Part shown: in pieces, positions 52,046 through 59,527 of the stretch | Numbering within the stretch: the stretch's first letter is position 1 | How the letters are laid out: every line of letters starts with the position of its first letter | Assembly: GCA_016214745.1 (NCBI GenBank) | Contig: JACRNW010000001.1 | Span: forward strand, 67,150 to 131,149 | DNA: 64,000 nucleotides | Origin: Candidatus Falkowbacteria bacterium | Lineage (GTDB): Bacteria; Patescibacteriota; Patescibacteriia; XYB2-FULL-38-15 | Reading direction: 5' to 3' | The notes under the pieces: generated by a model | Database searches by the model: none | What the model saw: the letters and a program-made list of their open reading frames with translations, nothing else | What the model was told of the DNA's origin: nothing | Program-made: the position numbers and the translations under genes

Positions 52046-52265
52046 TTTGACAAATTGAATAACAACGGGCTTTAGCTCTCCGCCGACGAAGCGGATTGAT
52101 GCGCGCCTGATGAAATAGAGGGATAAAATCCTCTTTCTCAGGCTTAGGCCTGTTGACGATATATAAAACAAAACCCCCGGAGCGTGGTTGTTCCGGAGGT
52201 TACAAGTTTGGACACCATAACCGGCTTCGCGAGACGCGGGGCCAACGAAGGGAAGGAGTTCCTAG

Positions 52266-53090
52266 ATGACGAAGACCTTCGCGACGATGTTCGTGTTCGC
52301 GATGCTCTGCGTCCCGGCGATCGCCGAGGCGCAGCAGCAACTGGCCGATGGCGAGGCGCGTGCGCTCGTTTGCGGACCCGGAGAAATCCAGGTCTGCACC
52401 GAGACGCAGGCCGACGGCTCGGCTCCCCGGGTCATGTACCTGAGGGGAAGCCCGGTCATCGACTGCGTAGTTCGTTCCGAGACCGGAATCCAGCTCGAAT
52501 GTGTGAAATGGGAAGACGCCTGCAAGCGGGAATCCTGCGACAGGCGCGGCGGAAACTGGCACTGGGATGAGAGCTCGTGTCACTGCGACTACGAACGGCC
52601 GAGGGAAAGCCCTCCGCCGTCCGCGCCGCCAGCTCAGCCTCCGGGCCCGACGACGCCTCCGGTTCAACCCGGCCCGACGCCGACCTGCCCGGACTGCAAC
52701 GTGAGCCTCACGGTCTGTCCGAACGAGGAGATCGCGAGACTCGCGAACGAGCTTGCGCCTCTGGCGCAGGTCGCTCCCGAGACCTGGATCGTCCGGTCCG
52801 ACACGGATGAACTGAGGACGCGAGTCCTCTACATCCGCGATCGGGCGGCGGTGTGCGGCGAAGATAGAATCTTCGTCGACGCCGAGCGAGTACTGGCGGC
52901 AATGACGCCGCCGGAACCGAGTACGCTCCCATCGGGACCGCCGATGTCGAGCTACGAGGACGAGGAGAACTTCTGCACCAATTCGTTCGGCGGCGTACTG
53001 GTGTGCATCGTGCTGCCGACCGTGGCGGCCGGTGCCGCCATCTTCCTCGGTGTCTGGTTTGGCACCGAGTGGGAAGCGACCCAGGAGTAG
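52266..53090 (+). CDS. GC-rich secreted Cys/Pro-rich protein with C-terminal TM anchor
   Basis: SD AAGGAG; signal peptide ending AIAEA; Cys clusters; Pro-rich linker; C-terminal TM. Confidence 0.75.
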   Translation: MTKTFATMFVFAMLCVPAIAEAQQQLADGEARALVCGPGEIQVCTETQADGSAPRVMYLRGSPVIDCVVRSETGIQLECVKWEDACKRESCDRRGGNWHWDESSCHCDYERPRESPPPSAPPAQPPGPTTPPVQPGPTPTCPDCNVSLTVCPNEEIARLANELAPLAQVAPETWIVRSDTDELRTRVLYIRDRAAVCGEDRIFVDAERVLAAMTPPEPSTLPSGPPMSSYEDEENFCTNSFGGVLVCIVLPTVAAGAAIFLGVWFGTEWEATQE

Positions 53091-53172
53091 TGTTCGTCAA
53101 CCCGGGGTCGGCGAGGCGGAAGCCCGTCGACCCCACAGAAGCTTCTGCCCCGAGAGGGCAGGGAGGGATGAG

Positions 53173-54183
53173 ATGAAGAACGTGAACCTGTTCGGGCTGT
53201 TCGTGTGCGTGATGGTGCTGGCGTCCTGTCAGGACGTCCAGCTCCCCGATCCGATCCACGTGTGTGAGGACAGCAACAACGACGACGTTTGCGACGGCGA
53301 CCAGGACGGCGATTCCGTCCCCTGGCAGTACGACAACTGCCCGCGGGCCGACAACCCCGACCAGGCCGACTGCGACGGCGACGGGATCGGCGACGCCTGC
53401 GACGACTTCGACAACCGGGATGCCGGCGCCGATGCGGACGCGGATGCGGATGCGGATGCGGATGCGGACGACTACGAGGGCGACGAGCCCGGCGAGTGTA
53501 CGGACGACGCGGACAACGACCGCGATGGTCGCTTCGACTGCGACGACCCGGGCTGCGTGAGCGATCCGGCGTGCGTCGCGGCTCCGTTCTGCGGCGATCA
53601 CGCCTGCAACGACAGCGAGACCTGCGCGAGCTGCCCGGCCGACTGCGGCATCTGCTCGGCAACCTGCGGCGACTGGGTATGCAACGGTTCCGAGACGTGC
53701 GCGACCTGCGCTCACGACTGCGGCACCTGCCCGGCGCCGATCTGCGGTGACGGCATGTGCAACGGCACCGAAACCTGCGAGACGTGCGCGTCCGACTGCA
53801 CCGGTTGCGCCGGCGACATCTTCGTCACGATCCGCGTGACCTCGTCTGACGCCTACCCCGCCGAAATTCATGTCTACTTCGCCGCTGATCCCCGGGATGT
53901 GGATGGCACCGACTCGGGCATGGCTCCCTACCAGACCAGTTTGACCCAGGCTCAGGCCTGCGGCCGAGTGGAAGGGGTGGAGGTCAGCGCCCGTCAGTTC
54001 TCGACGGCCGACCGCCCGTGGTACGGAACGCTCGGGATCCTAGGTCGTCTGACGATCCAGGTGAACGGCGTCGCCTACCCGGATGCGGCTGCTGGTCGTG
54101 CGGCTCTGCCGCTGATCGACCAGCCGTGGGGCGACCCCAACATCCATATCTCCCGGGCAGTTCTCCACTGCCCCGGTTCGTAG
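53173..54183 (+). CDS. GC-rich lipoprotein with thrombospondin type-3-like repeat, (DA)n run and Cys-rich repeats
   Basis: SD GGGAGG; lipobox VLAS-C; DQDGDSVP..YDNCP..DNPDQADCDGDGIGDACD; DADADADADADAD; three CGD..CN..ETC..C..DC. Confidence 0.8.
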   Translation: MKNVNLFGLFVCVMVLASCQDVQLPDPIHVCEDSNNDDVCDGDQDGDSVPWQYDNCPRADNPDQADCDGDGIGDACDDFDNRDAGADADADADADADADDYEGDEPGECTDDADNDRDGRFDCDDPGCVSDPACVAAPFCGDHACNDSETCASCPADCGICSATCGDWVCNGSETCATCAHDCGTCPAPICGDGMCNGTETCETCASDCTGCAGDIFVTIRVTSSDAYPAEIHVYFAADPRDVDGTDSGMAPYQTSLTQAQACGRVEGVEVSARQFSTADRPWYGTLGILGRLTIQVNGVAYPDAAAGRAALPLIDQPWGDPNIHISRAVLHCPGS

Positions 54184-54293
54184 ACCAACCAACAACTTAC
54201 CTGTTTAGTCCCTTGTCCCGACGCAAGTCGGAACAATAACAGGCAAGTCCAACAACCACAGACGCGACCTAGGGCGGTTGCGACTGCTTCGAC

Positions 54294-54332
54294 AAGGCCA
54301 GCTTTCCTCCGGATTGCTGGCCTTCTTTTTTT
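54294..54332 (+). terminator. Hairpin plus U-tract ending the two-gene GC-rich unit
   Basis: aaggccagc..gctggcctt-c-ttttttt. Confidence 0.7.
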
Positions 54333-54465
54333 ATTATCAAGCGAGTGAGACCCCGGCAAGGCGGGACGAGCGAGCGCAGATAACACGGAGTATTTAAAAG
54401 TAATATTTTTAATTTAATCTCGTTTTAATACAAACTGGCCAAAACCAGTGTTTTGTCACACAACC

Positions 54466-54494
54466 TTGACAAATCCGGCATTCCGTTGTAATCT
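54466..54494 (+). promoter_or_regulatory. Sigma70-type promoter of the kinase unit
   Basis: TTGACA-17nt-TAATCT, preceded by TGTCAC-N6. Confidence 0.6.
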
Positions 54495-54592
54495 ATAATG
54501 TTAGTTCATTGAACAACCCTTGCCGCAAGGCGAGGTAAAAATATAGTAAGTAGTTCACCTAAACTAAACATGCCGTCAAGGAGGGAAACAAG

Positions 54593-56311
54593 ATGGCAGA
54601 GAAGAAGAGTGGTGGCCTGCACTCTCCGATCGACGGCCGGCTAATCGCCGGGCGTTACAAGGTCGTAGATCCCGAACCTATCGGCCGGGGCGGCATGGGT
54701 CTCGTCTATCGCGGTTTCGACATCCGCACGAAGAGATCCGTTGCCATCAAGATTCTGCACGAGCAGTTCCACGGTATGCCCGACGTGGTTGCTCGGTTCC
54801 GCACGGAAACCGATGCGGTGAACCGTGTCGGCCACGAAGGCATTGTTGTCATCCTGGACTGTGCCCAGCCGGAAGAAACTCCGGTCTTCTTCGTCATGGA
54901 GTACCTGGACGGGAAAACGCTCGCCCAAGTGCTCGACGAGAATGGCCAGAGAGGCAAGCCGCTTCACGTCCAGCACATCCGCTACATCGGCTTGAAGCTT
55001 CTCGAGACGCTGGAAGCGGTCCACGAAAGCGGAATTATCCATCGCGACCTGAAGCCGGAAAACGTCTTCATCCTCGGGCTGCTAAGCAAGCGATATCGCG
55101 TCAAGCTTCTCGACTTCGGGATCGCGAAGTTCAAGGAAGCCGATCCCAAGCTGACTCAGGTGGGCACGATAGTGGGCACGCCCCTTTACATGTCACCTGA
55201 ACAGTGTCGGGGCCTCCCCGTCGACTACCGAACCGACCTCTACGCGATCGGCTGCATCCTCTACGAGATGGCAACCGGCCGACCGCCTTTCGTGGGCGAC
55301 CTGAGCGAAGTCCAACAGGGTCACCTCTCTCGTCTCCCGGAAGCTCCGAACGATCTGAACGGGGAAATCCCTCCGGCGCTCAACGCGGTCATCATGACGG
55401 CACTAGCTAAGGAACCGGACAACCGATTCCGCGACGCCGAAACCATGCGCGAAGCGCTCGAAGACGCCGTCCCCGAGGACAAGATGTTCTGGCGGGACAG
55501 CCGGCCGCCTTCGCCGGTGAACGGCAGCAGGGTGCTCGCCACTCCGCCGCGCATTCCAACCGCGATGGAGGATCAGCCAACGTCAGAGCGGCTCGACTCG
55601 TCTAAAACCCCGACTCGTCTGCTCGCTGACAAGCGGCCGCCGGCCGGGATCGCCTTGGCGAAAACCATGACTCCGGCTGACCTGAAACGGGCAGTTGATG
55701 AGGAGACGGCGCACCAGTTCGCCAAGAACTTCGGCGTCTGGATCCTGAAGCCCTCGAGTCGGGCGGCAGTGATCGCGATCGGCAGTACCCTCCTCATCCT
55801 CACCATCGTGTTCGTTCTTCTCGCGGCTTACCCGCCCAACACCGGCAAGCGCGCAAGAACGGCCGACGCTGGCGTCGAGGTCAGCACGACGGCGGTTGTC
55901 GTTTCCGAGAAGGAAACTCCTCCGCAGCCGAGCGGCCAGCCCGACGTCATCGTCCTGCCAGTTCCGGTTCCAGTTCCTCGGGACGACGCGACAACCGACG
56001 AGCCGAACGAAGTCGTCGAGATGGACGCAGTAGAAACTGCGGCCAACGCTGGCCCACCGGACGGCTACGCCGAACTACTCGCGGCGGCGGAACACGCCAG
56101 GAACTGGCGCACGGCCGTCGGAAGACTCGAGGAGGCAACAGAACTCTGGCCTGAAGGACCAGATGCCTGGAAAGAACTGGGCAACGTCTTCATGATGCAT
56201 GGGGAAATTCGGAAGGCCAGAGAAGCCTTCCGGACATGCCTCGACCTTCTGCCTCCGGACGCGTTCGTCCAGCGGGCACAAGTGGAGGGACGACTCAGGG
56301 GCCTGCAATAG
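54593..56311 (+). CDS. GC-rich Hanks-type Ser/Thr protein kinase with TM and C-terminal TPR
   Basis: IGRGGMGLVY, VAIK, HRDLKPEN, DFGIAK, GTPLYMSPEQ, DLYAIG; TM near residue 400; TPR AWKELGNVF..A..AFR..LDL.P; SD AAGGAGGG. Confidence 0.93.
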   Translation: MAEKKSGGLHSPIDGRLIAGRYKVVDPEPIGRGGMGLVYRGFDIRTKRSVAIKILHEQFHGMPDVVARFRTETDAVNRVGHEGIVVILDCAQPEETPVFFVMEYLDGKTLAQVLDENGQRGKPLHVQHIRYIGLKLLETLEAVHESGIIHRDLKPENVFILGLLSKRYRVKLLDFGIAKFKEADPKLTQVGTIVGTPLYMSPEQCRGLPVDYRTDLYAIGCILYEMATGRPPFVGDLSEVQQGHLSRLPEAPNDLNGEIPPALNAVIMTALAKEPDNRFRDAETMREALEDAVPEDKMFWRDSRPPSPVNGSRVLATPPRIPTAMEDQPTSERLDSSKTPTRLLADKRPPAGIALAKTMTPADLKRAVDEETAHQFAKNFGVWILKPSSRAAVIAIGSTLLILTIVFVLLAAYPPNTGKRARTADAGVEVSTTAVVVSEKETPPQPSGQPDVIVLPVPVPVPRDDATTDEPNEVVEMDAVETAANAGPPDGYAELLAAAEHARNWRTAVGRLEEATELWPEGPDAWKELGNVFMMHGEIRKAREAFRTCLDLLPPDAFVQRAQVEGRLRGLQ

Positions 56312-56316
56312 GCCCT

Positions 56317-56367
56317 GGGGCAACCACGCAAGATGTCAAACATCAAGCGTGGCTGCCCCTCTTTTTT
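56317..56367 (+). terminator. Long hairpin plus U-tract
   Basis: ggggcaaccacgc-aagatg-tcaaa-catcaa-gcgtggctgcccc-tc-tttttt. Confidence 0.7.
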
Positions 56368-56383
56368 ATTTTATAAAAAAACC

Positions 56384-56412
56384 TTGACAAAAAAATACTT
56401 TTGTGGTTAGAT
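56384..56412 (+). promoter_or_regulatory. Sigma70-type promoter
   Basis: cc-TTGACA-17nt-TTAGAT with an extended TG. Confidence 0.55.
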
Positions 56413-56474
56413 ATAAAGTGCTCTAAATGGGCGCAAGGGGGAGGCACGGGGCCTCCCTTAGATTTTAGGAGGGA

Positions 56475-57563
56475 ATGGAGATGAGGTTCATCACCCTGAT
56501 CGTGGCGGTTCTTTTCGCCCAGAACGCGTTTGCCCAGACGTCGGAGTCGACCGAGCAGACGGAGCAGTCCGCTGCGCCGGTCATCCTCGGCGAAGCCGGC
56601 AACGCGGCTCTCACGAGCTGCCTCGAAGCGGACGACGGGACCCAGTGCTGCACCGACTACGGCGACTGCGTGCAGAATTTGGGAGACAACTCCGAGCAGT
56701 GCGCTGCGGTCGCCCGACTGTGCGGGCACCAGGATCTCGACGCCGCCATGCGGGAAGGCTGCCAGCAGCGGAACGCGATCGTACAGGGCAGCGAATGCGC
56801 CTGCGCCGCGGGCTTGAGCTGGAACAACGAAAGCGACAAGGTTTGCTGCACAGCAAACCCCGCCACCTACGAACGCCGGCGAAACGCCTGCGAGCATTCC
56901 GGCGGAACCTACCACTGCAACAGCCGGGGCGGATGGTGCGGCTGCCCACTCGGCATGAGCCACCCGATCGAAGAGGATGGCGATGTCGACTACTCCTCCT
57001 GCACCGGCGAAGCGGTGAACCGCGAACGGCTCCAGGCGATGCGAGACAACATCGCGACTCTTACTGCCGAGGTCGAGGAAGCCGGACAACAGATCGCCGC
57101 CCTCCAAGCCGAGCGTGACGCCCTTCGAGCGCAGCTCGACCAGACTCTCAGTCAGCTGGCCGAGCTGGACAACCTCGAGGACACGGTCGGCGAGATGGAA
57201 CAACGGCTCGCCGAGATGGATGCCGAACTCTCGTTCTTGCGTCACCTGCGCGACCAGTACGAGGAATTCATCGCTCGGCAGGCGCAGACGATCGCCGATC
57301 TTGGCGGAATTCCTCCTCTCCCTCCGGGCATTCCGGAAGAGGATGAACCCCTCCCGGGAACAGCGGCGGCGGTCGCGGAAGCGGCAGGCGGAAGCCGGCC
57401 CGGACCGATGGAGCCACTACCCCCTCCCGAAGAGGAAGAGGGCAACTGGTGCTCCGAAAACGGCTGGGCATGCGCCGGTATCATCATCGGCGCAGCAGCC
57501 GCATTGGCCGGGGCAACCGTCGGGATCGTGGAGGCGACCCGCGACATTCAGGTCACTCAGTAG
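56475..57563 (+). CDS. GC-rich secreted Cys-rich coiled-coil protein with C-terminal TM anchor
   Basis: SD AGGAGGG; signal peptide ending NAFA; many Cys; long heptad region; C-terminal TM. Confidence 0.78.
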   Translation: MEMRFITLIVAVLFAQNAFAQTSESTEQTEQSAAPVILGEAGNAALTSCLEADDGTQCCTDYGDCVQNLGDNSEQCAAVARLCGHQDLDAAMREGCQQRNAIVQGSECACAAGLSWNNESDKVCCTANPATYERRRNACEHSGGTYHCNSRGGWCGCPLGMSHPIEEDGDVDYSSCTGEAVNRERLQAMRDNIATLTAEVEEAGQQIAALQAERDALRAQLDQTLSQLAELDNLEDTVGEMEQRLAEMDAELSFLRHLRDQYEEFIARQAQTIADLGGIPPLPPGIPEEDEPLPGTAAAVAEAAGGSRPGPMEPLPPPEEEEGNWCSENGWACAGIIIGAAAALAGATVGIVEATRDIQVTQ

Positions 57564-57591
57564 TTCTCGGGATTTCCTCCACCCGAGGACC

Positions 57592-57638
57592 AGGCCGACG
57601 TTTTGAGACAATCGTGTCTCGGACGTCGGCCTTTTTTT
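57592..57638 (+). terminator. Long hairpin plus U-tract
   Basis: aggccgacgt-tttgagaca-atcg-tgtctcgg-acgtcggcct-tttttt. Confidence 0.75.
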
Positions 57639-57641
57639 ATC

Positions 57642-57682
57642 TGTCAACTCCCCTTGACAAAACTTAAAAAATATGGTATATT
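57642..57682 (+). promoter_or_regulatory. Sigma70-type promoter with palindrome TGTCAA-N6-TTGACA
   Basis: TTGACA(57654)-17nt-TATATT with an extended TG. Confidence 0.7.
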
Positions 57683-57877
57683 TACTTGTTCTGAAACGAA
57701 TGGAAAACAGTATCTACATAAACAAAATTGGATCCTGTAGTAGTTTGGTTTGATACCTGGGTTGCCTCCTCCTCAACCTCTTGGTTTTCAAATCAAACTA
57801 CTCAAGGACCCAACAAAATTGGTCCAAGCAACTCGGGATGGGTCCCGGGTTGAGAGAGTTTGGAAAGGAAAGCGCTG

Positions 57878-58984
57878 ATGGCGAATGGCAACAAGGTCTC
57901 AAGCTCCCTCCAGATTACCGGCCTGAAGCCCGACATCACGGAAGAGAAAATCCGTAGGGCTGTCGGCGAAATCGTCGGAGTGGGGCAGGACGGGATCTCC
58001 AACGTGGATATCCGGCGACGCGAAGATGGCAGGCCCGAGGAGCGAGGCGCGAATGCCGTCGTCGCCTTCAAGGATGTCGCAACGGCGACGGTGGCGAAGG
58101 CGGGACTTGGCGCAGGCAAGCTGTGCAGAATCCCCGACCTGAATCCCGACCGCGAGATCATGGCCGACTTCTACTTTCCTCCGCGGCCGCGCGACGAGAG
58201 GCCGCCGGCCACACCCCCACCCGCCGCACCCTCGATCGATCCGAACCAGCTTACGGCCATTGTGGCCGAACTCGAGGCCAGGCTCAAGGCCGACGCCGGA
58301 TTTCTGGCGAAGGTCAGGGGCAAGGACGGCGTAGCGCCGACGAAGGACGAGATCGTCGCGGCCCTCCGGTCCTTCCTGGTCACCGACCTCAAGGCTGCTC
58401 TGGCCCCGGTGCTGAAGGTTGACCTCAAGAACGACCCGACCTTCCAGGACCTGATCAAGGGCACTCCCGGCAAGGACGGCCCCGCGAAGGATGAAGTCAT
58501 CGCGGCGCTCAAGGCCGACGCCTCCTTCAAGGCGGAAGTCAAGGGCGAGAAGGGCGATGACGCACCCCGGTGGCCTCACTGGGTCTTGGTGGTTTTTGCC
58601 ACCTTGGCGTTCATCGTCATGCTCGGCCACCTCGTCTGCGGAAGCAGCGGCGACCAGGGTCCGCAGGGCGTCCAGGGCCAGGTCGGTCCCCAAGGTCCGC
58701 AAGGGCCCAAGGGCCCGATCGGACCGCGTGGTCCCGAAGGCTCCCAGGGTCCGCAGGGCGAACCCGGAGCCGCGGCGACCACAACGGTCGCACCGGCGCC
58801 GAGCGCGGAGCCGCCCGTCGAACCGGCGGCCACGGCGCCGCCCAGCCAGGCAACGCCGACGGGACGGCCCAACATCACGGAAGTGGATGGGCGCGAGCTC
58901 ATCCGCCACCAGCTGGACGACGTGTCCGTCCTATTCCGTGAGATCGATCGGAGGACCCGGCAACTGGAGGAAGCGCGCCAGTAG
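57878..58984 (+). CDS. GC-rich membrane protein: RRM-like N-terminus, GKDG repeats, TM, collagen-like (Gly-X-Y)14
   Basis: ATG at 57878 after GGAAAGGAAAG; [30 protein letters not shown]; [21 protein letters not shown]; GDQGPQ...GEPGAA. Confidence 0.78.
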   Translation: MANGNKVSSSLQITGLKPDITEEKIRRAVGEIVGVGQDGISNVDIRRREDGRPEERGANAVVAFKDVATATVAKAGLGAGKLCRIPDLNPDREIMADFYFPPRPRDERPPATPPPAAPSIDPNQLTAIVAELEARLKADAGFLAKVRGKDGVAPTKDEIVAALRSFLVTDLKAALAPVLKVDLKNDPTFQDLIKGTPGKDGPAKDEVIAALKADASFKAEVKGEKGDDAPRWPHWVLVVFATLAFIVMLGHLVCGSSGDQGPQGVQGQVGPQGPQGPKGPIGPRGPEGSQGPQGEPGAAATTTVAPAPSAEPPVEPAATAPPSQATPTGRPNITEVDGRELIRHQLDDVSVLFREIDRRTRQLEEARQ

Positions 58985-59010
58985 ACGCGAAGGAGTATCT
59001 ACTGATCCAT

Positions 59011-59060
59011 GGGCGGACGACGTGAGGTGAAGAACCAAACGTCGTCCGCCCGCTTTTTTT
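59011..59060 (+). terminator. Long hairpin plus U-tract
   Basis: gggcggacgacgt ... acgtcgtccgccc-gc-ttttttt (13-bp perfect stem). Confidence 0.75.
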
Positions 59061-59111
59061 ATATCAAAAAACGGGCAATGCGCCCGCTTTATATTTTTAA
59101 TCTTCAAACCT

Positions 59112-59504
59112 CTAAATTCCCAACTCTTTCTTTAATTTTTCATAATCATTTTTTGCTTTCTCAAATTCTTCTTCCACTGCGGCCCGATTTCCACCTTTTA
59201 AAAATCCTAAAAACCGACTTAAGAGACTATTGTATTCTTTCAAATTTTTTTCCGCTTTGGCTAGCCGGTATTTGGCAAATTCCAATTTTGCTTTTTGCTC
59301 GTCAGTTAAAACGGAAATAACTGGCGCGGCGTTCGCCTCTACAACCGGTTTAATTCCCGCGGCGGACAAACGGTCTTCCACGGCTTTAATTAGTCGGCTA
59401 GACACTTGATCCAAAAATATTTTTATATTTGGATCCCGGATAACGGTTTGCGCAGTTTGTAAAATTTGATCGGCCATAAAGGGTCTATTCTTTGTTGACG
59501 GCAC
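59112..59504 (-). CDS. Hypothetical protein
   Basis: 130-aa ORF with native composition, downstream of the 59528 gene; start uncertain. Confidence 0.55.
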   Translation of the reverse strand: MPSTKNRPFMADQILQTAQTVIRDPNIKIFLDQVSSRLIKAVEDRLSAAGIKPVVEANAAPVISVLTDEQKAKLEFAKYRLAKAEKNLKEYNSLLSRFLGFLKGGNRAAVEEEFEKAKNDYEKLKKELGI

Positions 59505-59527
59505 TCGCTCGTCAATAAAAAATCAAA

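Noticed and set aside
51692-59060. GC-rich region as simple contamination or one genomic island
   Set aside because: AT-rich native-type promoters are interleaved between the GC-rich genes, and the same design recurs at two other loci, so a single chimeric join or block transfer does not explain it. Read mapping is still needed.
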